A DNA stretch of 61,854 bases from Candidatus Omnitrophota bacterium (GTDB lineage: Bacteria > Omnitrophota > Gorgyraeia > Aquiviventales > Aquiviventaceae). The DNA is taken from assembly GCA_023247255.1 (NCBI GenBank), contig JAHFGV010000011.1, forward strand, positions 1-61,854, written 5' to 3'. The translations under genes and the position numbers were made by a program. A model generated the notes under the pieces. That model had not been told where the DNA came from, made no database searches, and saw nothing but the letters and a program-made list of their open reading frames with translations. The stretch's first letter is position 1; every line of letters starts with the position of its first letter. Below are positions 36,365 through 45,455 of this stretch, piece by piece.

Positions 36365-38068
36365 TCACTCTTCGGTGGTCACGGCTATAACCTCTTCAAA
36401 AGTAGTGAGACCGAGTTCCACCTTTCGCAAGCCATCCTGACGCAAGGCGCGCATGCCTAAATGTCGAATCGCATGTTCCTTAACCTGCCAGGACTGTGCT
36501 CGGGAAACGACCAGTTCTCGAATGCGATCATCAACTTGAAAAAGCTCAATGATCCCCATACGACCGCGATAGCCGGTCTGATTGCAGTGACGACAACCCT
36601 TCGCTTTGAAAAAAGTGGCATCGGCAGAGGGGGTCATTCTAAGCTCCTTCAAGAGGGCTAAAGACGGCGTGATCGGCTCACGGCACTTGGCACAAAGCTT
36701 GCGCACCAGCCGTTGGGCCTCAATCAAGTTCACACTGGAAGCCACAAGAAAAGGTTCCACCCCCATGTCAATGAGACGCGTCATCGCTGAAGGGGCGTCA
36801 TTGGTATGTAGGGTGGAAAGTACCAGATGCCCCGTCAAACTGGATTTCATCGCAATATCGGCTGTTTCGAAATCACGGATCTCTCCGATCATTACCACAT
36901 CCGGACTCTGGCGGAGAATAGCCCGCAGACCGGCGGCAAAATTAAGGCCGATCTCTGAATTCGTTTGCATCTGGGTAATCCCTTCGACTTGATATTCCAC
37001 AGGATCCTCAATCGTCACTAGATTTCTGCCGGGTTGATTCAGGGTGTTCAAAACAGAATAGAGGGTGGTGGATTTCCCCGAACCCGTTGGGCCAGTAACT
37101 AAGATCATTCCATAAGGCCGTTCGATCGCTGCTTTAAATAGCGGAATGGATTCGGGCAGAAATCCCAGATGATCCAGGCCAATCGATAGACTCCCCTTAT
37201 CCAAGAGACGCAGAACCCCCTTACCCCCATGGGTGATCGGAAGAATGGAAACACGAAAGTCCACCTCCCGTTCATCCCACCGGACCTTAAATCGTCCGTC
37301 TTGCGGAATGCGTGATTCGGTAATATCGATGCCCGCCATGATCTTCAATCGAGTCAAGACAGGAGCCTGGACCGCCTTAGGAAGCCGCTGGGACTCGATC
37401 AATCGTCCGTCAATCCGGTAACGCACCCGCAGGCAATCTTTCACAGGCTCCAGGTGAATATCCGATGCCCGACGAGCCATCGCATCCGCCACCAACAGGT
37501 TAATGACGCGAACCGCCGGAGCGTCGTCCTCCTTTTCATTCAGAAGCAGAGCGACCGCAGTATTCAAAGAATCGCCGGGGGTTCCTTCCTCCATCTCTTC
37601 CGCGGAAAACGTCATCTGATTAGAGAATACTTGTTCGATGGCGCGGCGGATCTCGCTCTCTGCGCACAGAACGGGGTCGATCGCCATACGCGTGATGGCT
37701 TTCACGTCATCGATGGCGAAGATATTCAGGGGATCAGACATGGCAACCACCAATCGCTCTCCAAATTTCGACAATGCGATCAGCGAATAACGACGGCTCA
37801 ACCGTTCAGGAATCAAACGCGCAATCACGGGATCCAAACGGAATTTAGACAAGGAAATCATGGGCAGGCCGAGTGTTTGGGAAAGCAGCTCTGTCAGCTT
37901 AGTCTCCGATACAACCCCGTCATCAATGAGAAGACGTGCAAAATCTTTCCCACTCGAGGTCGCTTCAGCTTCCAAACGGTCCAACTGCTGCTGGGTAGCG
38001 ACCTGCTGAGACACTAGAACTTCTGAAATCTTTTGTCTGAAACTCGTTATTTTACTCACACCGGTCAT
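36365..38068 (-). CDS. pilB: type IV pilus/T2SS assembly ATPase (GspE/PilB family) with an N-terminal MshEN-type domain
   Basis: Walker A GPTGSGKSTT, Asp/His boxes, tetra-Cys CAKC...CRHC. The N-terminus contains DFARLLIDDGVVSETKLTELLSQ. Confidence 0.9.
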   Translation of the reverse strand: MTGVSKITSFRQKISEVLVSQQVATQQQLDRLEAEATSSGKDFARLLIDDGVVSETKLTELLSQTLGLPMISLSKFRLDPVIARLIPERLSRRYSLIALSKFGERLVVAMSDPLNIFAIDDVKAITRMAIDPVLCAESEIRRAIEQVFSNQMTFSAEEMEEGTPGDSLNTAVALLLNEKEDDAPAVRVINLLVADAMARRASDIHLEPVKDCLRVRYRIDGRLIESQRLPKAVQAPVLTRLKIMAGIDITESRIPQDGRFKVRWDEREVDFRVSILPITHGGKGVLRLLDKGSLSIGLDHLGFLPESIPLFKAAIERPYGMILVTGPTGSGKSTTLYSVLNTLNQPGRNLVTIEDPVEYQVEGITQMQTNSEIGLNFAAGLRAILRQSPDVVMIGEIRDFETADIAMKSSLTGHLVLSTLHTNDAPSAMTRLIDMGVEPFLVASSVNLIEAQRLVRKLCAKCREPITPSLALLKELRMTPSADATFFKAKGCRHCNQTGYRGRMGIIELFQVDDRIRELVVSRAQSWQVKEHAIRHLGMRALRQDGLRKVELGLTTFEEVIAVTTEE

Positions 38069-38113
38069 CTTATCGAATGATCCTCACGACTCACCCTACG
38101 TAAAAGAGCAAGA

Positions 38114-39841
38114 TTATTCTTCAAAAGCACTTCCCACCGTTGTGCGATACACCTCTTCCAGACTCGTGATATGAGCCAGGGCCTTGGCTAATCCTTGTTC
38201 CCTCAAAGGCTGCATTCCTTCCTTCTTCGCCATCGCTTCAATCTCTCGCTCAGGAGCTCGCCGAAGGACAAGCTCACGAATGGCAACGCTCATCACTAAA
38301 GTCTCCGCAATCACTTCTCTTCCCATGTATCCGGATTGGAAACATGCTCGACAACCTTTACCACGCACCAGCTCAGGGATTTCCTGACCGTTTTTCAATA
38401 AGCCGAGCCGCTCCGCGAGACCTTTCGTGGGTTTGTAACGTTCCATGCATCGGGCGCAGACCTTACGCACCAAACGCTGGCCCACGGCAGCCGTCAGACA
38501 AGAACCGATCAAGAATGGCTCGACCCCCATATTAATCAAGCGCACCACGGAACCTGCCGCAGTGTTTGTGTGGAGGGTGCTGAGCACCATATGCCCCGTC
38601 AATGCAGCCTTGACGGCCATATCGGCGGTTTCCCCGTCACGGATCTCTCCCACCATGATTATGTTGGGGTCTTGGCGAAGAATGGACCGCAAAGCGCTGG
38701 AAAATGTCAAACCCACATCCGTCCGGACACTCACTTGATTGATCCCTTGCAGATCAAACTCGACGGGGTCCTCCACCGTGACCAGATTTTTGTCCGGACC
38801 ATCGAGCATTTTTAACAAAGCGTAGAGGGTGGTGGTTTTTCCAGAACCCGTGGGTCCGGTAGCTAACAGCATGCCATGCGGCCGAATGGCACAAGACTTA
38901 ACCTGTTCGAGGTCCCGCTTAGAAAATCCAAAAGTGTCAATGTTCAGGCTGAGCTTACCCTGATCCAGAACCCGCAGACACACATTACCTCCAAACGTGG
39001 AGGGAAGTATCGAAACGCGGAAATCAATCGGACGGCCATCCACCGTGAAGTTAAAGTGTCCATCCTGCGGCAGCCGTTGTTCCGCGATGTTCAGTTCGGA
39101 CATTACCTTGACACGGGATACGATAGCCGCATGCAGGTGCTTCGGAGGCGGAGGCCCTTCTTGGAGAACTCCATCCACACGGTAACGCACCCGAACCGTT
39201 TTCTCTCGTGGCTCGATCAACAGGTCTGAAGCATGAAGCCGGACCGCCTGTGTTAAGATCGCATCCGTAAACTTGACGACGGGAGCTTCTTGAGTCTGGA
39301 TCAACAAACGGGTGGTGTCCGTCTCCTGTTCCTGAGCCGTGGGGAGAACCTCGACGGAATGAGCCTGAGCCTGTTCTACCACTTCACGGAGAGATTCTTC
39401 CACTCCAGTTCCGTAATATTGATTAATCGCTTCAAAGATGTCAGACTCGGTAGCTAGGAGCGGGTTAATCGAAAGTCCTGTCAGTGTCGTTAGAGTGTCC
39501 AGTGCAAATACATTCAACGGATCAGACATGGCCACGGTAAGTGTCTGTCCAATACAGGAGACAGGAATCACTTTATATTGCGTGGCTAAGTCACGAGAGA
39601 TCAACCCCTTGAGTTGGGAATCCATCCGTACCCTGGAAAGGCTGATGGGAGGAATCCCGAGTCCTTGACTGATGGCGCTTAAAAGATCCTCCTCTTTGAC
39701 AATCCCACGTTCGATGAGGATTCTCTGGAGGCTTCCTCCTTGCTTACGCTGAATCTCCAGAGCCTCATCCAGTTGTTTCGGCTCAACCAATTGACGGGCC
39801 CGCAATACTTCGATAATCCTTTCCTTGAAACTCGGCATCAC
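38114..39841 (-). CDS. second GspE/PilB-family assembly ATPase paralogue with an N-terminal MshEN-type domain
   Basis: Walker A GPTGSGKTTT, tetra-Cys CARC...CRAC. The N-terminus contains SLQRILIERGIVKEEDLLSAISQ. Confidence 0.9.
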   Translation of the reverse strand: MMPSFKERIIEVLRARQLVEPKQLDEALEIQRKQGGSLQRILIERGIVKEEDLLSAISQGLGIPPISLSRVRMDSQLKGLISRDLATQYKVIPVSCIGQTLTVAMSDPLNVFALDTLTTLTGLSINPLLATESDIFEAINQYYGTGVEESLREVVEQAQAHSVEVLPTAQEQETDTTRLLIQTQEAPVVKFTDAILTQAVRLHASDLLIEPREKTVRVRYRVDGVLQEGPPPPKHLHAAIVSRVKVMSELNIAEQRLPQDGHFNFTVDGRPIDFRVSILPSTFGGNVCLRVLDQGKLSLNIDTFGFSKRDLEQVKSCAIRPHGMLLATGPTGSGKTTTLYALLKMLDGPDKNLVTVEDPVEFDLQGINQVSVRTDVGLTFSSALRSILRQDPNIIMVGEIRDGETADMAVKAALTGHMVLSTLHTNTAAGSVVRLINMGVEPFLIGSCLTAAVGQRLVRKVCARCMERYKPTKGLAERLGLLKNGQEIPELVRGKGCRACFQSGYMGREVIAETLVMSVAIRELVLRRAPEREIEAMAKKEGMQPLREQGLAKALAHITSLEEVYRTTVGSAFEE

Positions 39842-40338
39842 GCGGATCCTGTCGATGATGGTTTGGAAGATGTCGGGCCTGAAGGAGCACCCTCTGAGGC
39901 ACGCGGATAAAATTTCTCAATAGCGCTGAGTATGTCCGATGGCGTACTGATAAACGCTTGAATGATGCACTGGGTCAGCCGCTCCACTTCCTCAATCGCA
40001 TTTACATTGGAGGGATCCGCCATGGCAAGGGTCAGGGCGTTTCCAATTCGATCGATAGGAATCAGACAGTATTGCCTGGCTATCGATTCTGGAATCAAGG
40101 CCATCAAACTCGCATCCAATTCATAGTTCTCCAAAGGCAAGTACGGAAATCCATACTGGGCAGTCAGGGCCAACGCAATATCCTCCTCGTTGCAACATTT
40201 AAGATGAATCAAGATCTGCCCTAGAAGACCCCCATGCTCCTGTTGGTACGCCAGGACATGCTCCAACTGTTTGCGATTAATAATCCCTCGCTCCAGCAGA
40301 ACGTCGCCTAAACGCTTAGTAATAATCCGTTTTGGCAT
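39838..40338 (-). CDS. stand-alone MshEN (T2SSE N-terminal) domain protein; predicted c-di-GMP receptor
   Basis: Two consecutive matches to the published 24-residue MshEN motif: RLGDVLLERGIINRKQLEHVLAYQ and LLGQILIHLKCCNEEDIALALTAQ. No ATPase domain. Its stop overlaps the pilB2 start. Confidence 0.7.
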   Translation of the reverse strand: MPKRIITKRLGDVLLERGIINRKQLEHVLAYQQEHGGLLGQILIHLKCCNEEDIALALTAQYGFPYLPLENYELDASLMALIPESIARQYCLIPIDRIGNALTLAMADPSNVNAIEEVERLTQCIIQAFISTPSDILSAIEKFYPRASEGAPSGPTSSKPSSTGSA

Positions 40339-40350
40339 AAGCGGTATCCC

Positions 40351-41427
40351 TTACCGATTCATCAGCCGCATCAAATCGTCAGGATCGGCTGAGCGCGCCA
40401 TCGCATCTTCAAGGGTAATGACACGATTGACATACAACTCGTAAAGCGATTGGTTCATGGTGCGCATACCCTCTTTCTGTCCCGTCTGAATCACTGAATA
40501 GAGTTGATGAATCTTTTGCTCGCGGATCAACGAACGTACGGCGTGGTTCACTAAGAGTACTTCCGATGCCAGCACCCGTCCACGCCCGCCGGCCTTGGGA
40601 ATGAGCTGTTGAGAAACCACTCCGATCATTTCCAAGGATAACTGCACGCGAACCTGGTTCTGCTGGTGAGCGGGAAACACGTCGATGATACGATTGACCG
40701 TTTGGACCGCGTCGGAGGTGTGTAGCGTGGCAAGGACCAGATGCCCCGTCTCTGCAACAATGAGCGCCGTCTCGATGGTTTCCAAGTCTCTCATTTCCCC
40801 AATCAGAATCACATCGGGGTCTTGACGCAGGACGTGTTTCAACCCTTGGGCAAACGATTGGGTATCGGTGCCAACCTCCCGTTGGTTAATCACGGATCGC
40901 TTGCTGGTATGCATATACTCGATGGGGTCTTCAATGGTCAGGATGTGAAAATCTTTCGTGCCATTCAGGCGATCGACCATGGCGGCTAAGGTCGTGGTCT
41001 TTCCTGAACCGGTAGATCCCGTAATCAGAAGCAGCCCTTTCGGACGATCACACAGGTCACTCACCACCCGAATCGGCAGACCCAGTTCCTCAAAACTCAT
41101 GATTCTAAAGGGCAGCATTCGGATCGCCACTCCTATATAACCCTGCTGGACATAGAAATTGGCACGAAAACGGGCGAGCCCTTCAATAGAAAAGGCAAAA
41201 TCCAATTCTTTCCATCGCTCAAACCGTTCCACTTTTTCAGGAGCGATCAGGCTGTAGGCAAGCTGTTTGATGTCTTCCCCGGAGAGCGGAGGTTGATCCA
41301 TCGCAATCAATCGCTCATCCAACCGCAGGTGTGGAGACAGATTCGCGGACAGATGGAGGTCTGTCGCTCCTTGTTCCACCATCACGCGCAGCAACGCATC
41401 CATCGTCAAACGTGTGGAGGCTGGCAT
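40351..41427 (-). CDS. pilT: type IV pilus retraction ATPase
   Basis: DLHL, Walker A GSTGSGKTTT, TLHTSDA, AVRSLIREQKIHQL (PilT signature region). Confidence 0.9.
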   Translation of the reverse strand: MPASTRLTMDALLRVMVEQGATDLHLSANLSPHLRLDERLIAMDQPPLSGEDIKQLAYSLIAPEKVERFERWKELDFAFSIEGLARFRANFYVQQGYIGVAIRMLPFRIMSFEELGLPIRVVSDLCDRPKGLLLITGSTGSGKTTTLAAMVDRLNGTKDFHILTIEDPIEYMHTSKRSVINQREVGTDTQSFAQGLKHVLRQDPDVILIGEMRDLETIETALIVAETGHLVLATLHTSDAVQTVNRIIDVFPAHQQNQVRVQLSLEMIGVVSQQLIPKAGGRGRVLASEVLLVNHAVRSLIREQKIHQLYSVIQTGQKEGMRTMNQSLYELYVNRVITLEDAMARSADPDDLMRLMNR

Positions 41428-41431
41428 CCTG

Positions 41432-41743
41432 TCAATTCCCCTTGTTCTGGATACTGTTTACGTTCGTTCCCTGACCGCCTGTCTTCTTTAAACGAGCAGT
41501 GTTCATCATCGCATCGACAATTCGTTGTTCAAACTGGTGGGCGGTAGAAATACCCTTCCCGGTGAGATTTAATCGTTTCAGGGCATTCACCATCGAAGCA
41601 AGGATTTGAGCTCGGGAAAGTTTCACACCGGAAGAGAACAACGCATCCTTTCCAATCTTGTCCAGATAGTCCACCTGTTCACGATTAAGCGCTGCAATCA
41701 CTCGGTGCGCGTAGATATTCGAGCCTTCGTTTAGGTGTGCCAT
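41432..41743 (-). CDS. small ribbon-helix-helix-like protein, first gene of the pilT-pilB-pilC operon
   Basis: I prefer the ATG at 41743 (MAHLNEG...); the track ORF starts at a TTG at 41872 inside the structured leader. RVIAALNREQVDYLDKIG fits an RHH strand-helix. No clear SD. Confidence 0.5.
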   Translation of the reverse strand: MAHLNEGSNIYAHRVIAALNREQVDYLDKIGKDALFSSGVKLSRAQILASMVNALKRLNLTGKGISTAHQFEQRIVDAMMNTARLKKTGGQGTNVNSIQNKGN

Positions 41744-41919
41744 CGGGGTGTCACGTCGATTCCTTAAAGACTCCTTAAAAAAATACACAGACATCCTGTA
41801 AAAAGGCCATCTGTGTCTTCTGCCGTGGGCAACCGCAACTGCCCTTTCGTTAGTTCGAAGATCGAAGTTCAAAGTCCGAAGAAGATTGTTACTTTGAACT
41901 CACTTCCCACTTCGAACTC

Positions 41920-42035
41920 ATCTGTGAGGGCTTGTGGCTTTGCCCTGATGCCTGGCATCAGGCTCCAAACCCTTGTACTCTCTCTCAGGTTTGGAGGTCC
42001 CACCCTTACGAGTGGTTTGCCTCTTCACACGGATA
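41920..42035 (-). promoter_or_regulatory. structured leader motif, copy 2: GEMM-I (c-di-GMP-I) riboswitch-like element
   Basis: Minus strand GGCAAACCACTC-GTAA-GGGTGGGAC (41997-42021) closely matches the GGCAAACC / GNRA hairpin / GGGAC core of GEMM-I as I recall it from the V. cholerae Vc2 aptamer. A GGGCAAAGCCAC box (41928-41945) matches the GCAAAGCC core. Two extra hairpins lie between them. Confidence 0.5.
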
Positions 42036-42223
42036 TTGCGCCTGATCAGCGCGCACAACAAATTTTCATTAAAACTATATCACATTACAATCAAAAGCAT
42101 CAATACAACTTTTACAAAAGGACATTTTTAAAAAAACCATCTCTTAGCTTTCAAACAAACGCACGATTTTACCTAAAGGTCAACTGGCGTGGTCGAGGGA
42201 CTAGGAGTTAGCTGTGCCATGTT

Positions 42224-42361
42224 CCAAGAGAAGTAATGAGGATTGTGTCATGTTTCATGTGTCATGGAAAGCAAAAGGAGCACTTTGGCCATGCCTGAGA
42301 TGTCTGTTTATTTTCTGCTTTTTCATGACACATGACTCATGAAACAGACGTGAGTACTGCC
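42224..42361. repeat. heptamer-array palindromic element, copy R2 (abuts the rodA stop codon)
   Basis: ccaagagaagtaatgaggattgtg + (NNTCATG)n + ggaaagcaaaaggagcactttggccatgcctgagatgtctgtttattttctgcttttt + (CATGANN)n + cagacgtgagtactgc. Confidence 0.85.
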
Positions 42362-42363
42362 TA

Positions 42364-43458
42364 TTAGAGTCCACCATGAGGTCTTTGTGTGCGATGGATA
42401 CTTTCCAAGAAACCCAGAGCTGTCCACACCACGATCATCGACGATCCTCCATAACTGAGCAGCGGCAAAGGAACACCGACTACCGGAATCAGCCCCATCA
42501 CCATCCCCAGATTGACCAGTGCCTGATAGGCGATCCATGAAGCAATCCCAACCGCCAGTAGGCGTCCTAAAGGCACGGGGGATTGTTGGGCAATCCGAAG
42601 GGCACGGAACAAAAGCACCCCGAAAGCGACAATCACGATCATACACCCAAGAAAACCCCACTCCTCCCCAATGATGCAGAAGATAAAATCCGAGTGGCGC
42701 TCAGGGACAAAACGGAGTCGATTCTGAGTGCCTGCAGCCCATCCTCTGCCCCACCACTGACCGGAACCTATGGCAATCGTCGACTGGATGATATTATACC
42801 CTGCCCCGAGAGGATCGGCATCGGGATGCAGAAAAATCATCAGACGTTGACGTTGGTAATCCTTCAGCAGCCACCACCCAAAGGGCAATAGGCCGGCAGA
42901 TACGCCAACACCCGTCATCAGCATACGTGGCGATATCCCGGCAACCCACACCATGCCAAGCCAGAAAGCTCCAAAGATGGAGGCAGAACCCAGATCCGGT
43001 TGAAGAAATATCAGCAACAGGGGCAACGCTACTAGACCCAGGGAAAAACCGACCACATTTGGAGGAAGCGGACGGGGCTGCCCCACAAGGTATCGCGCCA
43101 GTACTCCAATAGTCGCCAATTTTGCAATCTCCGACGGCTGTAGGCTAATGCCAAAGATGGAAAGCCAACGACTGGCCCCTAAGCGTTCGCTGCCGAAAAG
43201 AAGCACAAGGACTAATAAGAAAATGCTGCATCCATAAGCAATCCCCATCCACCGCATCCAGTACGGATAAGCCCTCCTCGACGCTGTGTAATAAGACACC
43301 CAACCCAGAAGAAGATACAAGATATGGCGCACGGCCAGCGTGGGAGTAGTAGTCCCTGTGGCACTGATCATCGCCGCGGTACCGGCGATTGCCAAAATGC
43401 TTGCGGAAACCAACAGACTGACGTCCCAACACCGCTGCGAATCCCTGAAGACCATCAT
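42364..43458 (-). CDS. rodA: SEDS-family peptidoglycan polymerase RodA
   Basis: FtsW/RodA multi-TM pattern (QPSEIAKL, PERHSDFIF, PLPLLSYGGSS). Context mrdA-rodA. Confidence 0.9.
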   Translation of the reverse strand: MMVFRDSQRCWDVSLLVSASILAIAGTAAMISATGTTTPTLAVRHILYLLLGWVSYYTASRRAYPYWMRWMGIAYGCSIFLLVLVLLFGSERLGASRWLSIFGISLQPSEIAKLATIGVLARYLVGQPRPLPPNVVGFSLGLVALPLLLIFLQPDLGSASIFGAFWLGMVWVAGISPRMLMTGVGVSAGLLPFGWWLLKDYQRQRLMIFLHPDADPLGAGYNIIQSTIAIGSGQWWGRGWAAGTQNRLRFVPERHSDFIFCIIGEEWGFLGCMIVIVAFGVLLFRALRIAQQSPVPLGRLLAVGIASWIAYQALVNLGMVMGLIPVVGVPLPLLSYGGSSMIVVWTALGFLESIHRTQRPHGGL

Positions 43459-45146
43459 ATCCCGGCTGCTACAACATATTCACAGATGGACCTGGCGATT
43501 TCCGCAGGCAGGTCCCCACCCGAGCCTCCATGCTCTGTGACAATGGCCATGGCTGCTCGCGGAGATTCAACCGGGCAGAATCCGACAAACCATCCGTGTG
43601 TCTGACCCGGTAGATGGGTTTGTGCCGTCCCAGTCTTTCCCGCCACACTCACATTTGGGTCGTAGGCCCGATGAGCCGTTCCCGAAGGATCACCAACGGC
43701 AGCGATCATCCCTCTACGAACAGTCTCAATGGTCTTAGCAGACCATCCTAACGGATGCAAGGAATGACGTTCATTCACGCTACGATCTTTGATCTTTGAA
43801 ACAACCCAAGGGGTCAGTTTCTGTCCTCCATTGGCAAATGCACTCACCATCACGGCTGCCTGTAACGGTGTGAGCAATACCTCTCCCTGACCAATCGCCA
43901 GCATCGCCACTTCTCCATCGGTGAGATATCTGCTGGGTAAATGGCCCGCGGCTTCCCCGAGCGGCCATCCGGTTCGATGGGAACATCCTGCTTGGTCCAG
44001 GGTCTTGAGGAGTCGAACGGCCCCAAGCTTGCGTCCCACCTGCAGGAAATACACATTACAGGAATGCATGATGGCCTCGGAAAGGGATAACACACCATGA
44101 CCATCCCTGTTCCAGCAATGGAATGTCCGATCCCCCAGGGTCCATGAACCGGGACAGGAAATCTTAGTGGAAGGATTGATCAGTTGGTGTTCCAAAGCGG
44201 CGGTAGCGCTGATAAGTTTCAGAATCGAGCCCGGTGTATACACCCCTAGGGTAGCCCGATTCATCAAAGGTGCGTTAATGTCCTCTAAGAGCTGCCGGAT
44301 CGTTTTCGTCTCCCCCATCGAGAACACAGCGGGTGAAAATGTCGGCACGCTAACCATCGCCAGTATCTCTCCTGTCCAAGGGTCCAACACAACACATGCC
44401 CCGGGTTGATCCTGGAACGATTGCTCGATTAACGTCTGTAACGATGCATCGATCGTGAGGCTGACCGGTTGCCCCGCACGAGGTAATTGCTGATCCACCA
44501 CACGAACCTGGCGGGCTCGATGGTCCACCTCAACTACCCTGCCACCCGCCTGTCCACGCAGATCGGTTTCCAAATACTGCTCAAGACCATATCGACCGAC
44601 CAGCCCAGCCGGTGAGAGCCCCAAGGACTTAAGACGCCCAAGCTCCTGTGGATTCGGTTGACTCACATATCCAAGGAGGTGAGCCGCCGTCGATCCCAAG
44701 GGATAGGACCGAATCAGTTCTGGCTTGACCAAAAGGCCAGGCATTCGCCAGCGCTCCTCCTCAAGATGGAGTGCCTGATCCTTGCTCAGTCGGGTCAAAA
44801 CAGTTGCCGGAAGAAATGGCAAGCTACGAGCCTTGCGGTAATTTTCCTGAAGCCTGTCAATGGGCTGATGGGTCAGAAGACTGAGTGTCTCCACAATCGA
44901 TGAGAGATCCTCCAGCTCCTGGGGAATGATTGCGACTCGATAGAAAGTTTGGTTGGTTGCCAGAACGACTCCCTGGCGATCCACAACCAGACCCCGCGGG
45001 GCTTCCTCGACAATGAGCCGCAGTCGGTTCTTTTCAGCCAGGTTACGGTAGGTCCGACCCTGTAGTCCTTGCAGATAAATCAAGCGAAACAGGAGTATGC
45101 CCGTTGCGATGATCCAGATCATCCGCAGCGTGTTCAGGCGGTTCAT
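43455..45146 (-). CDS. mrdA: penicillin-binding protein 2 (elongasome transpeptidase)
   Basis: SxxK (GSILK), SxN (HSCN), KTGTA. I prefer the start at 45146 (MNRLNTLRM..., AGGTG 8 nt upstream). The track ORF extends to 45284, inside a palindromic element. Confidence 0.85.
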   Translation of the reverse strand: MNRLNTLRMIWIIATGILLFRLIYLQGLQGRTYRNLAEKNRLRLIVEEAPRGLVVDRQGVVLATNQTFYRVAIIPQELEDLSSIVETLSLLTHQPIDRLQENYRKARSLPFLPATVLTRLSKDQALHLEEERWRMPGLLVKPELIRSYPLGSTAAHLLGYVSQPNPQELGRLKSLGLSPAGLVGRYGLEQYLETDLRGQAGGRVVEVDHRARQVRVVDQQLPRAGQPVSLTIDASLQTLIEQSFQDQPGACVVLDPWTGEILAMVSVPTFSPAVFSMGETKTIRQLLEDINAPLMNRATLGVYTPGSILKLISATAALEHQLINPSTKISCPGSWTLGDRTFHCWNRDGHGVLSLSEAIMHSCNVYFLQVGRKLGAVRLLKTLDQAGCSHRTGWPLGEAAGHLPSRYLTDGEVAMLAIGQGEVLLTPLQAAVMVSAFANGGQKLTPWVVSKIKDRSVNERHSLHPLGWSAKTIETVRRGMIAAVGDPSGTAHRAYDPNVSVAGKTGTAQTHLPGQTHGWFVGFCPVESPRAAMAIVTEHGGSGGDLPAEIARSICEYVVAAGI

Positions 45147-45154
45147 CTTAAGAG

Positions 45155-45453
45155 CACCTAACATAATGAAAACATGGCTGCGTTGCGGCGAAAACTGCCC
45201 AGATGCAAGGAACGACGACGATGGCGTAAAGCTAGCGATACGCACAGCAGGAGTGACGCAGCAGATGGGCAGTTTTTGCCGCAACCCGAAGGGCTGGGCT
45301 TATCTGCTTCGCTGCGCTGCGTTGTTCGTCGTCGCCATATCGCCTGCCGCATGATATGCCTTCCTCCTCGCCCTTGACAAGCTTGTCAAGGGCGAGCGCC
45401 TTGCGCAGCTTGCATCTAATCCCAGCGCAGTCACGTTTTCATTATGTTAGGTG
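45155..45453. repeat. 299-bp element with 19-bp perfect terminal inverted repeats filling the whole mreD-mrdA spacer
   Basis: cacctaacataatgaaaac (45155-45173) / gttttcattatgttaggtg (45435-45453). Internal hairpins include gttgcggcgaaaactgccca/tgggcagtttttgccgcaac and the palindrome cgcccttgacaagcttgtcaagggcg (45369-45394). Confidence 0.8.
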
Positions 45454-45455
45454 TT

